A stretch of DNA of 64,000 bases from Anaeromyxobacter sp. (GCA_049840735.1 JASGJN010000013.1:128001-192000), one strand, 5' to 3'; shown: positions 9,002 through 22,028, numbered from the stretch's first letter. The notes: a model not told the origin generated them from the letters alone. Numbers and translations: made by a program.

Positions 9002-10399
9002 ATGAGCGAGCACGAGCAGACCCCGAGCCCGGAGGCGGGCGGGGCCCAGCAGACCACCCAGGCGCAGTCCGCCTCGGACGGCGGTGACGCACAGGGCAAC
9101 CAGCCCGGAGGCCCGGGCGGCGCGCCTGGCCAGGGCGGCCGGCGTCGCCGCCGCCGCCGCGGCCGCCGCGGCCGCGGGGGACAGCCGGGTCAGGCCGGTC
9201 CGGGCAACGCCGTCGCCGGCCCTGGTGGCCAGCCCGGAGCCCCGGCCGCCGCCAACGGCCAGCCCGGTCCGCAGGGCCAGCCCGGCCCCGCGCCGCAGGC
9301 CGAGGCGACCGAGGAGGTCGAGGGCGTGCTGCAGTTCGAGGGCAAGGGGAGCGGCTGGCTCCGCGACCCGAAGCGCAGCTACCTGCCCCAGCCCTTCGAC
9401 GTGGAGGTCCCGCGCTGGATGGTCGAGCGCAACCACCTCCAGCCGGGCATGCTGGTGAAGGGGCTCGCCGCCATCCGGAACATGAAGCGGGTGCTCACCC
9501 GCATCGACACGCTCGAGGGGACCGATCCCATCGCCGTGGCGCGGCGGACCCACTTCCACAACCTGACCGCCACCGATCCCACCGAGAAGCTGGTCATGGA
9601 GACCCACTCGGACGAGATGATCGGGCGCGTCCTCGACCTGATCTCGCCCATCGGCCTGGGCGCCCGCGGCCTCATCACCTCGCCGCCCAAGGCCGGCAAG
9701 ACCATCATGCTGCAGCGGATCGCGCAGGCCATCACCGCGAACCGCCCGGACGTGCACCTGACGGTGCTCCTCGTGGACGAGCGTCCCGAGGAGGTCACCG
9801 ACATGAAGCGCAACATCAAGGGCGAGGTGATCGGCTCCTCCAACGACCGTCCCACCGAGGAGCACATCCAGGTGGCCGAGATGGCGCTGGAGCGGGCCAA
9901 GCGGCTGGTCGAGGGCGGCAAGGACGTGGTGATCCTGCTCGACTCGATCACCCGCCTCTCGCGCGCCTACAACAAGGAGGTCGAGTCCTCCGGCCGCACG
10001 CTCACCGGCGGCGTGGACTCGCGCGCCCTGGAGCGCCCCAAGCGGCTCTTCGGCTCGGCCCGCAAGGCCGAGGAGGGCGGCTCGCTGACCATCATCGCCA
10101 CCGCGCTGATCGACACCGGGTCGCGCATGGACGAGGTGATCTTCGAGGAGTTCAAGGGCACCGGCAACATGGAGGTGGTGCTCTCCCGCCAGCTGGCCGA
10201 GCGCCGGATCTTCCCGGCCATCGACATCGGCGCCTCGGGCACGCGCAAGGAGGAGAAGCTCTTCGCGCAGAAGGAGATCGAGAAGGTCCGCCGCCTGCGC
10301 GGCGCGCTCGCCTCCCTCAAGCCGGTCGAGGCCATGGAGCGGCTGCTCAAGAAGCTCACCGAGTTCGACAGCAACGACGAGTTCCTGCAGAGCTTCTAG
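9002..10399 (+). CDS. rho: Transcription termination factor Rho with low-complexity N-terminus
   Basis: PPKAGKT, LLVDERPEEVTD, ILLDSITRL, FEEFKGTGNME, SGTRKEE. Confidence 0.96.
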   Translation: MSEHEQTPSPEAGGAQQTTQAQSASDGGDAQGNQPGGPGGAPGQGGRRRRRRRGRRGRGGQPGQAGPGNAVAGPGGQPGAPAAANGQPGPQGQPGPAPQAEATEEVEGVLQFEGKGSGWLRDPKRSYLPQPFDVEVPRWMVERNHLQPGMLVKGLAAIRNMKRVLTRIDTLEGTDPIAVARRTHFHNLTATDPTEKLVMETHSDEMIGRVLDLISPIGLGARGLITSPPKAGKTIMLQRIAQAITANRPDVHLTVLLVDERPEEVTDMKRNIKGEVIGSSNDRPTEEHIQVAEMALERAKRLVEGGKDVVILLDSITRLSRAYNKEVESSGRTLTGGVDSRALERPKRLFGSARKAEEGGSLTIIATALIDTGSRMDEVIFEEFKGTGNMEVVLSRQLAERRIFPAIDIGASGTRKEEKLFAQKEIEKVRRLRGALASLKPVEAMERLLKKLTEFDSNDEFLQSF

Positions 10400-10483
10400 C
10401 CTCACCCCAGGCGGAGCCCTGGCAATCCCGGGGCTCCGTCTGCCCGCCTTGCGCGCCCGGGCGCCGCCTGTTCTACTCCCCTC

Positions 10484-11620
10484 ATGAGCGGCGACCGCGT
10501 CCTCATCGTCGATGACGACGAGCTGATCCTGAAGGCGCTCGCCCGGATCCTCGAGATCGCCGGCTATCAGGTCCGCTGCTACATCACCCCGGAGGAGGCC
10601 CTCGAGGCGCTGCCGCGCGAGGAGCCGGTGGTGGTCATCTCCGACTACATGATGCCCACCATGGACGGCGTGCAGTTCCTCAAGGCCGCCCGGGTGAAGT
10701 ACCCCTCCGCCGTCCGCATCCTCTGCACCGCCGCCGAGGACTTCCGCATCGCCCTGCAGGCGGTCAACGCCGGCGAGGTCTTCCGGATCATCTCCAAGCC
10801 CTGGCACCAGCAGGAGCTGCTGGGTACGCTGGCCCAGGCCGCCGAGGCCAGCCGGCTGCGCCGCGAGAACGAGCGGCTGACCGCCGAGGTGCAGCGGCAG
10901 AACGGGCAGCTCCGCGAGATCAACCTGCGGCTGGAGGAGATGGTCCGCCACCGCACGCAGGCGCTGCTGGAGGGGCTCATCGCGGCGCTCGACTACCGCG
11001 ACGCGGAGACCCAGTGGCACTCCCGGCGCGTCTCGCTCTACGCCCGGCGCCTGGCCGAGCAGCTGGGGCTCACCGAGCCCGACCTGACCGTGGTCGAGCA
11101 CGGCGCGCTGCTGCACGACATCGGCAAGATCGGCGTGCGCGACCGCGTGCTGCTCAAGCCCGGCCCACTCACCACCGACGAGTGGAGCGAGATGAAGCGC
11201 CACCCGGAGCTGGGCTGGGCGCTCCTGCAGCGGGTGGACTACCTCCGCCCGGCCTCGGCCATCGTGCTGCAGCACCAGGAGAAGTGGGACGGCACCGGGT
11301 ACCCCACCGGCCTGCGCGGCGACGAGATCGTGGTGGGCGCCCGGATCTTCCACGTGGTGGACACGCTCGACGCCATCACCAGCGACCGCCCCTACCGCCG
11401 CGCCCGCCCCTTCGGCGACGCCCGCGAGGAGATCAGCCGCTGCCGCGGCAGCCAGTTCGATCCGCGCATCGTGGACGCCTTCCTGTCGGTGCCGGCGGAG
11501 GACTGGGAGCGGATCCGCCTGGACGTCGAGACCGTGGCGGTCCTCTCCGCCGACCTGGCCGAGGTCCCGCCCGCGCTCTCCGAGCCGGCCACCCTGGCCG
11601 GCGCCCCCGCCGCGCGCTGA
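10484..11620 (+). CDS. Response regulator with HD-GYP phosphodiesterase domain
   Basis: REC domain (LIVDDD, ISDYMMP, SKPW), coiled coil, HSRRV, LHDIGKIG, HQEKWDGTGYP. Confidence 0.92.
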   Translation: MSGDRVLIVDDDELILKALARILEIAGYQVRCYITPEEALEALPREEPVVVISDYMMPTMDGVQFLKAARVKYPSAVRILCTAAEDFRIALQAVNAGEVFRIISKPWHQQELLGTLAQAAEASRLRRENERLTAEVQRQNGQLREINLRLEEMVRHRTQALLEGLIAALDYRDAETQWHSRRVSLYARRLAEQLGLTEPDLTVVEHGALLHDIGKIGVRDRVLLKPGPLTTDEWSEMKRHPELGWALLQRVDYLRPASAIVLQHQEKWDGTGYPTGLRGDEIVVGARIFHVVDTLDAITSDRPYRRARPFGDAREEISRCRGSQFDPRIVDAFLSVPAEDWERIRLDVETVAVLSADLAEVPPALSEPATLAGAPAAR

Positions 11621-11663
11621 GGGCGCCCCGGGCCGGACGCGACCGCCGCCGGGGCGGCCCCGC

Positions 11664-13154
11664 TCACTGCAGCACGATGCCCGACAGCTCGGCCACGCCG
11701 CCGGCCGAGACCTCCACCGTGGCCGCCACCTGCCGGCCGTCGCGCGTCCGCAGCTCCACCCGGTGACCGCCCGGCGCCACCGTCAGCACGCGCCGCTCGC
11801 CCGCCGCCAGCGCCGGGGCGCGCTCCACCCCGTCCACTCGCAGCACCGCCGCGCTCTCCGCCTGGATGACCAGCATGCCCGGCGCCCCCTGCTTGCGCGG
11901 ATCCCCGCGTCCCCCCGCCGCCACCGCCGGCGGCCCGGACCGCGCCGCCGGGCGCTCCGCCGGCTGCCGCGCCGCGCCCAGCACCGCCGAGAGCGCGACC
12001 ACGCCCACGGCGGCCACCAGCGCCAGCAGGGCGGTGCGCCGGCTGGCCTGGCGCGGCGGGGCCCGGAAGGTCTCCCGCACCGCGGCCGGCAGGAGCCCCT
12101 CCAGCCCGGGCAGCAGCGCCTCGCGCGAGAAGGCCACCACCTGCGTCCGCTCCTGCGCCGCCTCCAGGCCCGCCTCGGCGGCGGCGCGGAAGGTCTCGCC
12201 GCCCAGCCGCTCCAGCCGATCCAGCTCGGCGCGGATCTCGGCCGGGAAGGTGCGGGCCATGTGGCGGGCCAGCGCCGGCGGCTCGAGCGGCTCCGGCCCC
12301 ACCGCCGCGAAGGGCGCCAGCGCCTGGGCCAGCTCGCCGGCCCAGGGGAAGCGCCCCTCAGGCTCCCGCGCCAGCGCCCGCAGCACCACCGCGTCCAGCC
12401 CCGCCGGCACCTCCGGGCGGCGCCGCGAGGGCGGCAGCACCTCCACCGAGCGGACCCGCTCCAGCGTGGCCAGCTCGGAGCGGCCGGTGAAGAGCCGCTC
12501 GCCGGTGAGCATCTCGTGCAGCACCACCCCCAGCGCGAACACGTCCGAGCGCCGGTCCACCGGCAGGCCCCGCACCATCTCCGGGCTCATGTAGCCGAAC
12601 TTGCCGCGCAGCGCGGTGTCCTGCTTGTGCGTCCGGAGCGCCGCCTGCGCGATGCCGAAGTCGATCACCCGGACCGAGCCGTCGTAGCCGAGCAGGATGT
12701 TGGCCGGCGAGACGTCGCGGTGGACGATGCGCAGGTCCACGCCGCCGGCGTCGCGCTTGCGGTGCGCGTGGTCGAGCGCGTCCGCCACCCGCAGCGCGAT
12801 GTACGCCGCCAGCGGCACGGGGAGCGGCTCGGCGCGGGCCCGGCTGCGCTCCAGCACCGTGCGCAGGTCGCGCCCGGCCACGTAGTCCATGGCGATGTAG
12901 TAGCCGGTCCCCTGCTTGCCCAGCTCGTGGACGGGCAGGATGGCCGGATGCGACAGCTGGGCCACCAGCCGGGCCTCGTCCAGGAACATGGTGATGAACT
13001 CACCGTCCTCGCCCAGGGTGGGCAGGATCCGCTTGAGCGCGTAGAGCCGCCCCGACGGATCCCCCTGCTCGACCGCCAGGAACACCTCGGCCATGCCGCC
13101 GACGGCAATCCGTTCGAGGAGGAGCCAGCGGCCGTAGGGGATGGGCTTGAGCAT
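11664..13154 (-). CDS. Ser/Thr protein kinase with transmembrane helix and C-terminal PEGA-like domain
   Basis: IAVGGMAEVF, ALKRIL, HRDVSPAN, DFGIA, GKFGYMSPE, DRRSDVF; hydrophobic ALLALVAAVGVVAL. Confidence 0.92.
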   Translation of the reverse strand: MLKPIPYGRWLLLERIAVGGMAEVFLAVEQGDPSGRLYALKRILPTLGEDGEFITMFLDEARLVAQLSHPAILPVHELGKQGTGYYIAMDYVAGRDLRTVLERSRARAEPLPVPLAAYIALRVADALDHAHRKRDAGGVDLRIVHRDVSPANILLGYDGSVRVIDFGIAQAALRTHKQDTALRGKFGYMSPEMVRGLPVDRRSDVFALGVVLHEMLTGERLFTGRSELATLERVRSVEVLPPSRRRPEVPAGLDAVVLRALAREPEGRFPWAGELAQALAPFAAVGPEPLEPPALARHMARTFPAEIRAELDRLERLGGETFRAAAEAGLEAAQERTQVVAFSREALLPGLEGLLPAAVRETFRAPPRQASRRTALLALVAAVGVVALSAVLGAARQPAERPAARSGPPAVAAGGRGDPRKQGAPGMLVIQAESAAVLRVDGVERAPALAAGERRVLTVAPGGHRVELRTRDGRQVAATVEVSAGGVAELSGIVLQ

Positions 13155-13187
13155 CGGCGGGGGCGCGTCGCCGGTTATGATACCGCC

Positions 13188-13532
13188 ATGGCCACCAGCT
13201 GCTACGCGTGCGGGAAGCCCGTCCGGATCGACGGCCCGGTGGGACGCCGGACCACCTGCCCGGAGTGCGACGCCGACCTCCACTCCTGCATCAACTGCCG
13301 CTTCCACGACGAGTCCGCCGCGCATGAGTGCAGGGAGCCCCACGCCGAGCACTACGTGGACAAGCAGGCCTCCAACGCCTGCGACCTGTTCCAGCTCGGG
13401 GACGGCGCCACGCGCCGGCGCGGCAGCTCCCGCGCGGCCCGCGATCAGCTCAGGGCCCTGTTCGGCGAGGCCCCGGCCCCGACCGAGGACGACCCGCGGG
13501 ACGCGCTGGAGGCGCTGTTCCGCAAGAAATGA
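13188..13532 (+). CDS. Small Cys-rich (putative zinc-binding) hypothetical protein
   Basis: CYAC, CPEC, CINC plus further Cys; codon usage fits the genome; TATGAT 6 nt upstream of ATG. Confidence 0.8.
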   Translation: MATSCYACGKPVRIDGPVGRRTTCPECDADLHSCINCRFHDESAAHECREPHAEHYVDKQASNACDLFQLGDGATRRRGSSRAARDQLRALFGEAPAPTEDDPRDALEALFRKK

Positions 13533-13592
13533 CCCTGAAATCAACCCCCTGGTGCTGGGCCCGGGCGCGGCGGCCGTGTAGGCTGGCTGGGC

Positions 13593-15575
13593 ATGCTCCC
13601 AGCGCCGAACGCGCCCGCAGGGGATCCGGCACCGGATCTCCAGCTCGTCACGGGGTACGAGGAGCTCCGGTGGCGCTACCTGCGCGCCGGGGTGCTGATC
13701 AGCGCCGCCGTCAACGCGGTGGGGGTCCTGGACCTGTCCGCCTCCGCCGCCGTGCAGGCGGTGCGCGTGGCCCTGCTCTCCTTCTGCCTGGCGTCCGCGT
13801 GGCGGCTGCGCCGGCCCGGCGCGTTCCTGCGCGGCGGGCGGGTGGTCCCCACCGTGCTCACCGCCGGCCTGCTGGTGATCGTGCTGCTGCGGCTGGACGA
13901 GGGCTGGCCGGTCAACCTGGGCTTCCTGCCGGCCCTGGTCGCCTTCTCCACGCTGGTGGCCAGCGCGCGGGTGGCCATGGGGCTCATCGCCCTCTGCCTC
14001 GGCAGCGTGGGCGCCGCGCTGCTGCTGGGGCTGGCGCCGCCCCCGGCCCACCTCTCCGCGCAGGCGCTGCACTGGGTGCTCAGCCTGGTGCTGCTGAACG
14101 TGTTCCTGCGCTGGCTGGCGGCGCTGCTGGCCCGCGGCGCCTCGCAGCTGGCCGCCTCGGCCGAGGCGCTGGCCGGGGCGCAGCTGGCCGTGGCCGAGGT
14201 CTCGGAGGCGCTCTCCGGGCGGGTCAGCGCGGCGCTGGCCGCCTTGCGCGAGGCGCTGCAGGGCGGCGCGGACCAGGCGCTGCCCAGCGCGCGCCGCCTG
14301 GCGGAGGTGCTGGCGGAGACGCGGCGGGCCGTCCCTCCCGAGCCCGAGCTGGACAGCCACCCGCTGGCGCTCGAGCTGCGGGCCCTGCGGCTGCGCGCCC
14401 AGGACTGGGCCTTCGCCCTGCTGCCCCTCTTCCTCGTCCTCACCACGGCCCGCGCCGTCCTGCACGGCCCGCGCGACCTGATGCCCTACAGCGCCGCCGC
14501 GCTCGCCCTGTCGATCGGGCTCGGGCTGGCGCGCTGGCTCCGGCCGCGCTGGGCCCCGCGCCTGGCGCTGGCGCTCTGGCTCGGCACCTATGCGCTCATG
14601 CTGGTGGCGACCTGGGGCTGGCTGGCCCGGGCGCCCATCCCGCCGCCGCCGCTGGTCAGCGCGCTCACCGGGACGCTGCTGCTGGGCGTGATGTTCGGCC
14701 CCTGGCTGGCGTGGGGGATCATGGCGCTGGTGATGGCCACCTGCCTGCTGGGCCTGCGGCTCCACCCCGGCATGCCCTGGACCGCCCCCGTCAACCTGAC
14801 GCTGGCCTACGGCCTCATGGCCTGGGCGATGTGGCGGTGGCCGCGCGAGCTCTTGGCGCGCCTCAGGGCGCGGCGCGACGCTGCCGCGGCCCACATCCGG
14901 CAGCGCCGGCGGCTGGTGGCCACCCTCTTCCACGACCTGGCCAACCCGCTGATGGTGATCCAGGACGCGCTGGAGCGGACCGCGGCCGGCGATCCGCCGG
15001 CCGAGGGGGCGGAGGTGGCCCAGGCCATGGTGGCGCGCATGGAGCAGACGCTGGCGGCCGCGGTGGAGGGCCGGGTGGCCCCGCGCGCCCTGCAGGCCGG
15101 GCGGCTGTGCGACGGGCTGGAGCTGCTCTTCCGGCAGCGGCTCCGCGCCAAGCAGCTGTCCCTGCGCATCGCCGGGCCCCGCGAGGCGCGGCTGCTGGGC
15201 GACGAGGCGCTGCTGCGCGACTCGGTGCTGGCCAACCTGGCCTCCAACGCGCTCAAGTTCTCCCCGCCCGGCGCCGGCCTGGAGCTGACGATCCGGACCG
15301 AGGGCCGGGAGGTGGCGCTGGAGCTGGCCGACCGCGGCCCGGGGCTGCCGCGCGAGGTGCTCGCCGCCTGGGCGCGCGGCCGGGCGGCGCCCTCCCGCCC
15401 CGGCACCGCCGGGGAGGAGGGCTCGGGCTACGGCCTGCTCCTGGCCCGCGAGTACGTGGCGGCCATGGGCGGGCGGCTGGAGCTCCGGCCCCGCGACGGC
15501 GGTGGCCTGCGCGCGCGGGTGGTCCTGCCGGCCGCTCCGCCCGAGCCGATGGTGGAGGCGCAGCACGCCGGGTGA
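13593..15575 (+). CDS. Membrane-bound sensor histidine kinase
   Basis: Multiple TM segments; H-box FHDLANPL, N-box NLASNALKFS, DRGPG, GSGYGL. Confidence 0.88.
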   Translation: MLPAPNAPAGDPAPDLQLVTGYEELRWRYLRAGVLISAAVNAVGVLDLSASAAVQAVRVALLSFCLASAWRLRRPGAFLRGGRVVPTVLTAGLLVIVLLRLDEGWPVNLGFLPALVAFSTLVASARVAMGLIALCLGSVGAALLLGLAPPPAHLSAQALHWVLSLVLLNVFLRWLAALLARGASQLAASAEALAGAQLAVAEVSEALSGRVSAALAALREALQGGADQALPSARRLAEVLAETRRAVPPEPELDSHPLALELRALRLRAQDWAFALLPLFLVLTTARAVLHGPRDLMPYSAAALALSIGLGLARWLRPRWAPRLALALWLGTYALMLVATWGWLARAPIPPPPLVSALTGTLLLGVMFGPWLAWGIMALVMATCLLGLRLHPGMPWTAPVNLTLAYGLMAWAMWRWPRELLARLRARRDAAAAHIRQRRRLVATLFHDLANPLMVIQDALERTAAGDPPAEGAEVAQAMVARMEQTLAAAVEGRVAPRALQAGRLCDGLELLFRQRLRAKQLSLRIAGPREARLLGDEALLRDSVLANLASNALKFSPPGAGLELTIRTEGREVALELADRGPGLPREVLAAWARGRAAPSRPGTAGEEGSGYGLLLAREYVAAMGGRLELRPRDGGGLRARVVLPAAPPEPMVEAQHAG

Positions 15576-15589
15576 ACGGCGCCCAGCGA

Positions 15590-15925
15590 TCAGCCCTCGA
15601 CCGCCCCCGCCAGCCAGGCCAGGTAGGCCGCGCTCCCGCCAGCCACCGGCAGCGCCAGCACCTCCGGCACCTGGTACGGGTGGAGCGCCCGCACGCGCTC
15701 CTCCAGCGCCGGCAGGCGCGCCAGGGTGGTCTTGAGCAGGAGCAGCGCCTCCGCGTCCTCCTGCACCCGCCCCTCCCAGCGGTAGACGGAGGTGAGGCCG
15801 GGGAGCACGTTCCCGCAGGCCGCCAGCCGCTCCTCCACCAGCGCGCGGGCCAGGCCCAGCGCCCGCTCCCGGTCCGGCGCCGTCACCAGCACCACCAGCG
15901 CCTGGCCCGGTTCACCCTTCGTCAC
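15590..15925 (-). CDS. cutA: Divalent-cation tolerance protein CutA
   Basis: LVEERLAACGN, SVYRWEG, HPYQVPE; GTG start overlaps the upstream stop (GTGA). Confidence 0.92.
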   Translation of the reverse strand: MTKGEPGQALVVLVTAPDRERALGLARALVEERLAACGNVLPGLTSVYRWEGRVQEDAEALLLLKTTLARLPALEERVRALHPYQVPEVLALPVAGGSAAYLAWLAGAVEG

Positions 15926-17082
15926 ATCCCCTCCCCGCGCGAGATGATCTCCCGCATGATCTCCGAGGTCCCGCCGGCGATGGTCATGACCCGGACGTCG
16001 CGCCAGGCGCGGGCCACGTCGGTGTCCAGCACGTAGCCCATCCCTCCGTGCAGCTGCATGCAGTCGTAGGCCACCCGCTGCGCCAGCTCGCAGGCGTGCA
16101 GCTTGGCCATGGAGATCTCTCGCACGGCGGGCTGGCCGCGGTTCCACAGGTCCGCGGCCCGGTAGGTGAGCCAGCGGGCCGCCTCCACCGCGGCGAAGTG
16201 ATCGGCCAGCCGGTGGCGCCAGGCCTGCAGCCGGGCCAGCGGCTTGCCGAACGCGGTGCGCTCGCCGGCGTAGCGCACCGCGTCCTCCAGCATGAGCTGC
16301 ATGGCGGCCACCGCCTGCACGGCGGCCACCAGCCGCTCGCCCTGGAAGTTCTCCATCAGGTGGTAGAAGCCGGCGCCCTCCTCGCCCAGCAGCCAGCGCG
16401 CCGGGACGCGGCAGCCGTCGAAGGCCAGGATGGCGGTGTCGGAGGAGGGGTTGCCCACCTTCTCGAGCGTGGAGGTGACCTGGAACCCCTCCACGTCGGT
16501 GGGGAAGAGGAGCAGCGACAGCCCCTCGTGCCCGGGGCCGCCGGTGCGGACCACCAGCGTCAGGAAGTCGGCCCGCGCGCCGTTGGTGATCCACATCTTC
16601 GCGCCGTCCACCACCCACTCGTCCCCCTCGCGGCGGGCGGTGGTGCGCAGCGCGGCCACGTCCGAGCCGGCGTCGGGCTCGGAGACCGCCAGCGCCGCGA
16701 TCCGCTCGCCGCGGATGGCGGGGGCCAGGAACTCGCGCTTCTGCTCGTCGGTGCCCAGCGCCTCGATCACCGGGATGGCGATCTCGCCGTGCACCAGCAT
16801 GGCCATGTTGAGCCCGGCGTTGCGGGAGCGGACCAGCTCCTCGGCGTAGGCCACCACGTACCAGGCGTCGAGCCCGGAGCCGCCCCAGGCCGGGTCGCGC
16901 CGGATGCCGAAGAGCCCCAGCTCGGCGAAGCGGGGGAACAGCTCGCGCGGGAAGGCGGCGGCCTGGTCCCAGGCGCGGGCGTGCGGGGCCAGCTCCTGCT
17001 CGCAGAAGCTCCGGACCAGGCGCCGGAACGCCTGGTGGTCCTCGGTGAAGGGCTCGAAGGCGACGGGCCGGGGCTCGGTCAT
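15922..17082 (-). CDS. Acyl-CoA dehydrogenase
   Basis: ALAVSEPDAGSDVA, GAKMWITNG, R.AFGKPL, QLHGGMGY, IAGGTSEIM. Confidence 0.94.
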   Translation of the reverse strand: MTEPRPVAFEPFTEDHQAFRRLVRSFCEQELAPHARAWDQAAAFPRELFPRFAELGLFGIRRDPAWGGSGLDAWYVVAYAEELVRSRNAGLNMAMLVHGEIAIPVIEALGTDEQKREFLAPAIRGERIAALAVSEPDAGSDVAALRTTARREGDEWVVDGAKMWITNGARADFLTLVVRTGGPGHEGLSLLLFPTDVEGFQVTSTLEKVGNPSSDTAILAFDGCRVPARWLLGEEGAGFYHLMENFQGERLVAAVQAVAAMQLMLEDAVRYAGERTAFGKPLARLQAWRHRLADHFAAVEAARWLTYRAADLWNRGQPAVREISMAKLHACELAQRVAYDCMQLHGGMGYVLDTDVARAWRDVRVMTIAGGTSEIMREIISRGEGM

Positions 17083-17149
17083 GGCGGGAGGATGCTCACA
17101 GGGGCGGCCGCAGTCCCCGCCCCGGAGCGGCGCGCTGGAGGGCCGACCG

Positions 17150-17722
17150 CTAGCCGCCCAGCAGCTTCTTCTTGAGGTCCTTGAGCTCGCCGTCGGTGGG
17201 GTGCGGGCCGATCCAGTTGCGGAGCAGCCCGTCGGCGAAGCCCTTCCCCTCGACGCGGGCCTCGCCGCCGGGCCCCTTGATGGTGGTGCCGGCGCCGGGC
17301 GCGTAGGTGACCAGCAGCTCCTGCCCCTTCTTCACGTCGCCGATGGCCTGCTTGGCGCCGTCGAGCTGCTTGGCCAGCGCCGCCGCCTGGTCCTTGGAGT
17401 TGGCCTCGAACCCCTCGTGGAAGGCGTTCACGATGGCCTTCTGGTCGACGTCGCGCAGGAAGACCATCCGCACCACCCACGGCGCGTCGGCGGCCACCAG
17501 CGCCGCCGGGTCCTTCGACGGCGCCTCGACGTAGAGGCCGGCCACGTAGACGTCCACGCCCACGAAGAGCACCTTCTTCTTGCGGAGGCCGGCGCCGTTG
17601 AGCGTGAGCGACTTGCCCTCCACGACCGTGCTCTCCGGGAACTCGACCCCGTTCACCTGCTTGGCGAGGGAGGGGGTGGGGAGGGCGGCGAGGAGGCCAG
17701 CGAGGACCAGCGCGGTGCGCAT
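17150..17722 (-). CDS. Chalcone isomerase-like secreted protein
   Basis: Signal peptide; LTLNGAGLRKK, DVYVAGLY, W.G..P motifs. Confidence 0.85.
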   Translation of the reverse strand: MRTALVLAGLLAALPTPSLAKQVNGVEFPESTVVEGKSLTLNGAGLRKKKVLFVGVDVYVAGLYVEAPSKDPAALVAADAPWVVRMVFLRDVDQKAIVNAFHEGFEANSKDQAAALAKQLDGAKQAIGDVKKGQELLVTYAPGAGTTIKGPGGEARVEGKGFADGLLRNWIGPHPTDGELKDLKKKLLGG

Positions 17723-17852
17723 GCGTTGACTCCTGGTTCAGGGGAGCAGCGGCCCCCAGGATTACCAGAGCGCGCCCGGCCGTGCAGCGGAGCACCGCAG
17801 CCCCGGAGGGGCGCCCGGCCGCGAACGCTCCGGCCGGGACGCGGCGCGCGGT

Positions 17853-18863
17853 CTACGGCTCCTCGGCGGGCAACCCGGCCGCCAGCCGCGCCTCCGGGGC
17901 GCCGGCCTCGCGGGGGCGGTGGCCCAGCAGGCTGCCGTAGACCACCCCGGCCACGCCCAGCAGCACGCCCACCGCGGTGCTCCGGGAGATTGCTTCACCG
18001 AGCGTGAGCGCCCAGAGGTAGCTGGCGATGGGCGTGAGCTGCTGCCAGAGCGCCGCCTCGGCGATGGAGAGCGCGCCGTAGGCCTCGGTCATGAAGAGCT
18101 GGGCCAGGAAGGCGGTCGCGCCCACCCCCGCCGCCGCCATCCAGGCGGCCGTGGTGGCCGGCCAGGGCCCCAGCCCGAAGGGCGCCGCCACGGTGAAGCC
18201 GCCCACGGCGAAGGCGAAGAAGATGGTGGGCGCGTTGTCGGTGGCGCGCAGCGCGCGGATGGAGGTCACCGCCATGCCGCCGAAGACCGCCGACACCAGC
18301 CCCAGCACCTCGCCCCACCCCAGGCCGAAGCGGACGCTGCCGCCGCCCAGCACCAGCCACACGCCGGCGCTGGCCAGCGCCAGCGCGATGGCCAGGTGGA
18401 GCGTGGGGCGCTCGCCCAGGAAGACGAAGGAGATGAGGACCGCGAAGATGGGGAACAGGTTGTTGAGGAGCGTGGCCTCGCCGGCCGGGATGCGCGCGAT
18501 GGCCAGGTAGTAGAGGAAGGCCGAGAGGCCGCCGAACAGGCCGCGGGTGACGAGCAGCCCCTTGCGCACCGGGCGGAAGGTGCCGGGGCGGGCGCGGAAC
18601 AGCGCCAGGATGAACCCCAGCCCCAGCGCGAAGCGGACCACCGTGACCTGGGCGCCGGCCATGCCGCCCAGCGTGGCCAGCTTGGCCAGGAGCGCCGCCA
18701 GGCCGAACAGCACGCCGGCCGCGAAGAGCAGCAGGCGGGCCCGGGCGCGGGCCGGGTGCGCCTGACCCCTGCCCCCGGCCGCCTCGGGGGCCACCCCCGC
18801 GCCGGAGGCCGGAGGGGCGAGCGGGCGGGCGCCCGGGCGCAGGCGGGACCAGGGGAGCGGCAT
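17853..18863 (-). CDS. DMT/EamA family transporter
   Basis: About 10 TM segments; VRF, RGLFG, FLGER; start uncertain. Confidence 0.85.
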   Translation of the reverse strand: MPLPWSRLRPGARPLAPPASGAGVAPEAAGGRGQAHPARARARLLLFAAGVLFGLAALLAKLATLGGMAGAQVTVVRFALGLGFILALFRARPGTFRPVRKGLLVTRGLFGGLSAFLYYLAIARIPAGEATLLNNLFPIFAVLISFVFLGERPTLHLAIALALASAGVWLVLGGGSVRFGLGWGEVLGLVSAVFGGMAVTSIRALRATDNAPTIFFAFAVGGFTVAAPFGLGPWPATTAAWMAAAGVGATAFLAQLFMTEAYGALSIAEAALWQQLTPIASYLWALTLGEAISRSTAVGVLLGVAGVVYGSLLGHRPREAGAPEARLAAGLPAEEP

Positions 18864-18955
18864 CAGGCGGGAAGTACCACCTTCCCGTCCGGGGCGGAAT
18901 GGCGCGGCGCCCGCCGCTGGCCAACGTCGGACCCTGGCGTTAATAAACGCCCCTC

Positions 18956-21847
<2,892 letters not shown>

Positions 21848-21961
21848 CCGGAGATCAGCCCGTGGTGACCCCTCCGCAGGCGCAGGGGAACCACGAGCGG
21901 GGCGGCCCGGGCACCGCCTGAAGCGACGCGGGCGGCGCCCTCTCGCGAGGGGCCGCCCGTT

Positions 21962-22012
21962 CCGTTCGGGCTGAGCATGGGGCCTGCGCGAGCAGGCCCG
22001 GAGTCGAAGCCC
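21962..22012. repeat. REP-like palindromic repeat, copy 1 (CTGAGC…hairpin…GGAGTCGAAG family)
   Basis: ccgttcgggctgagcatg-gggcctgc-gcga-gcaggccc-ggagtcgaagccc; matches copies at 37243 and 42033. Confidence 0.7.
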
Positions 22013-22028
22013 GGGACTCGAGCCCGGA

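Noticed and set aside
18864..18955. SOS/LexA box upstream of uvrA
   Set aside because: No palindrome I could match with confidence
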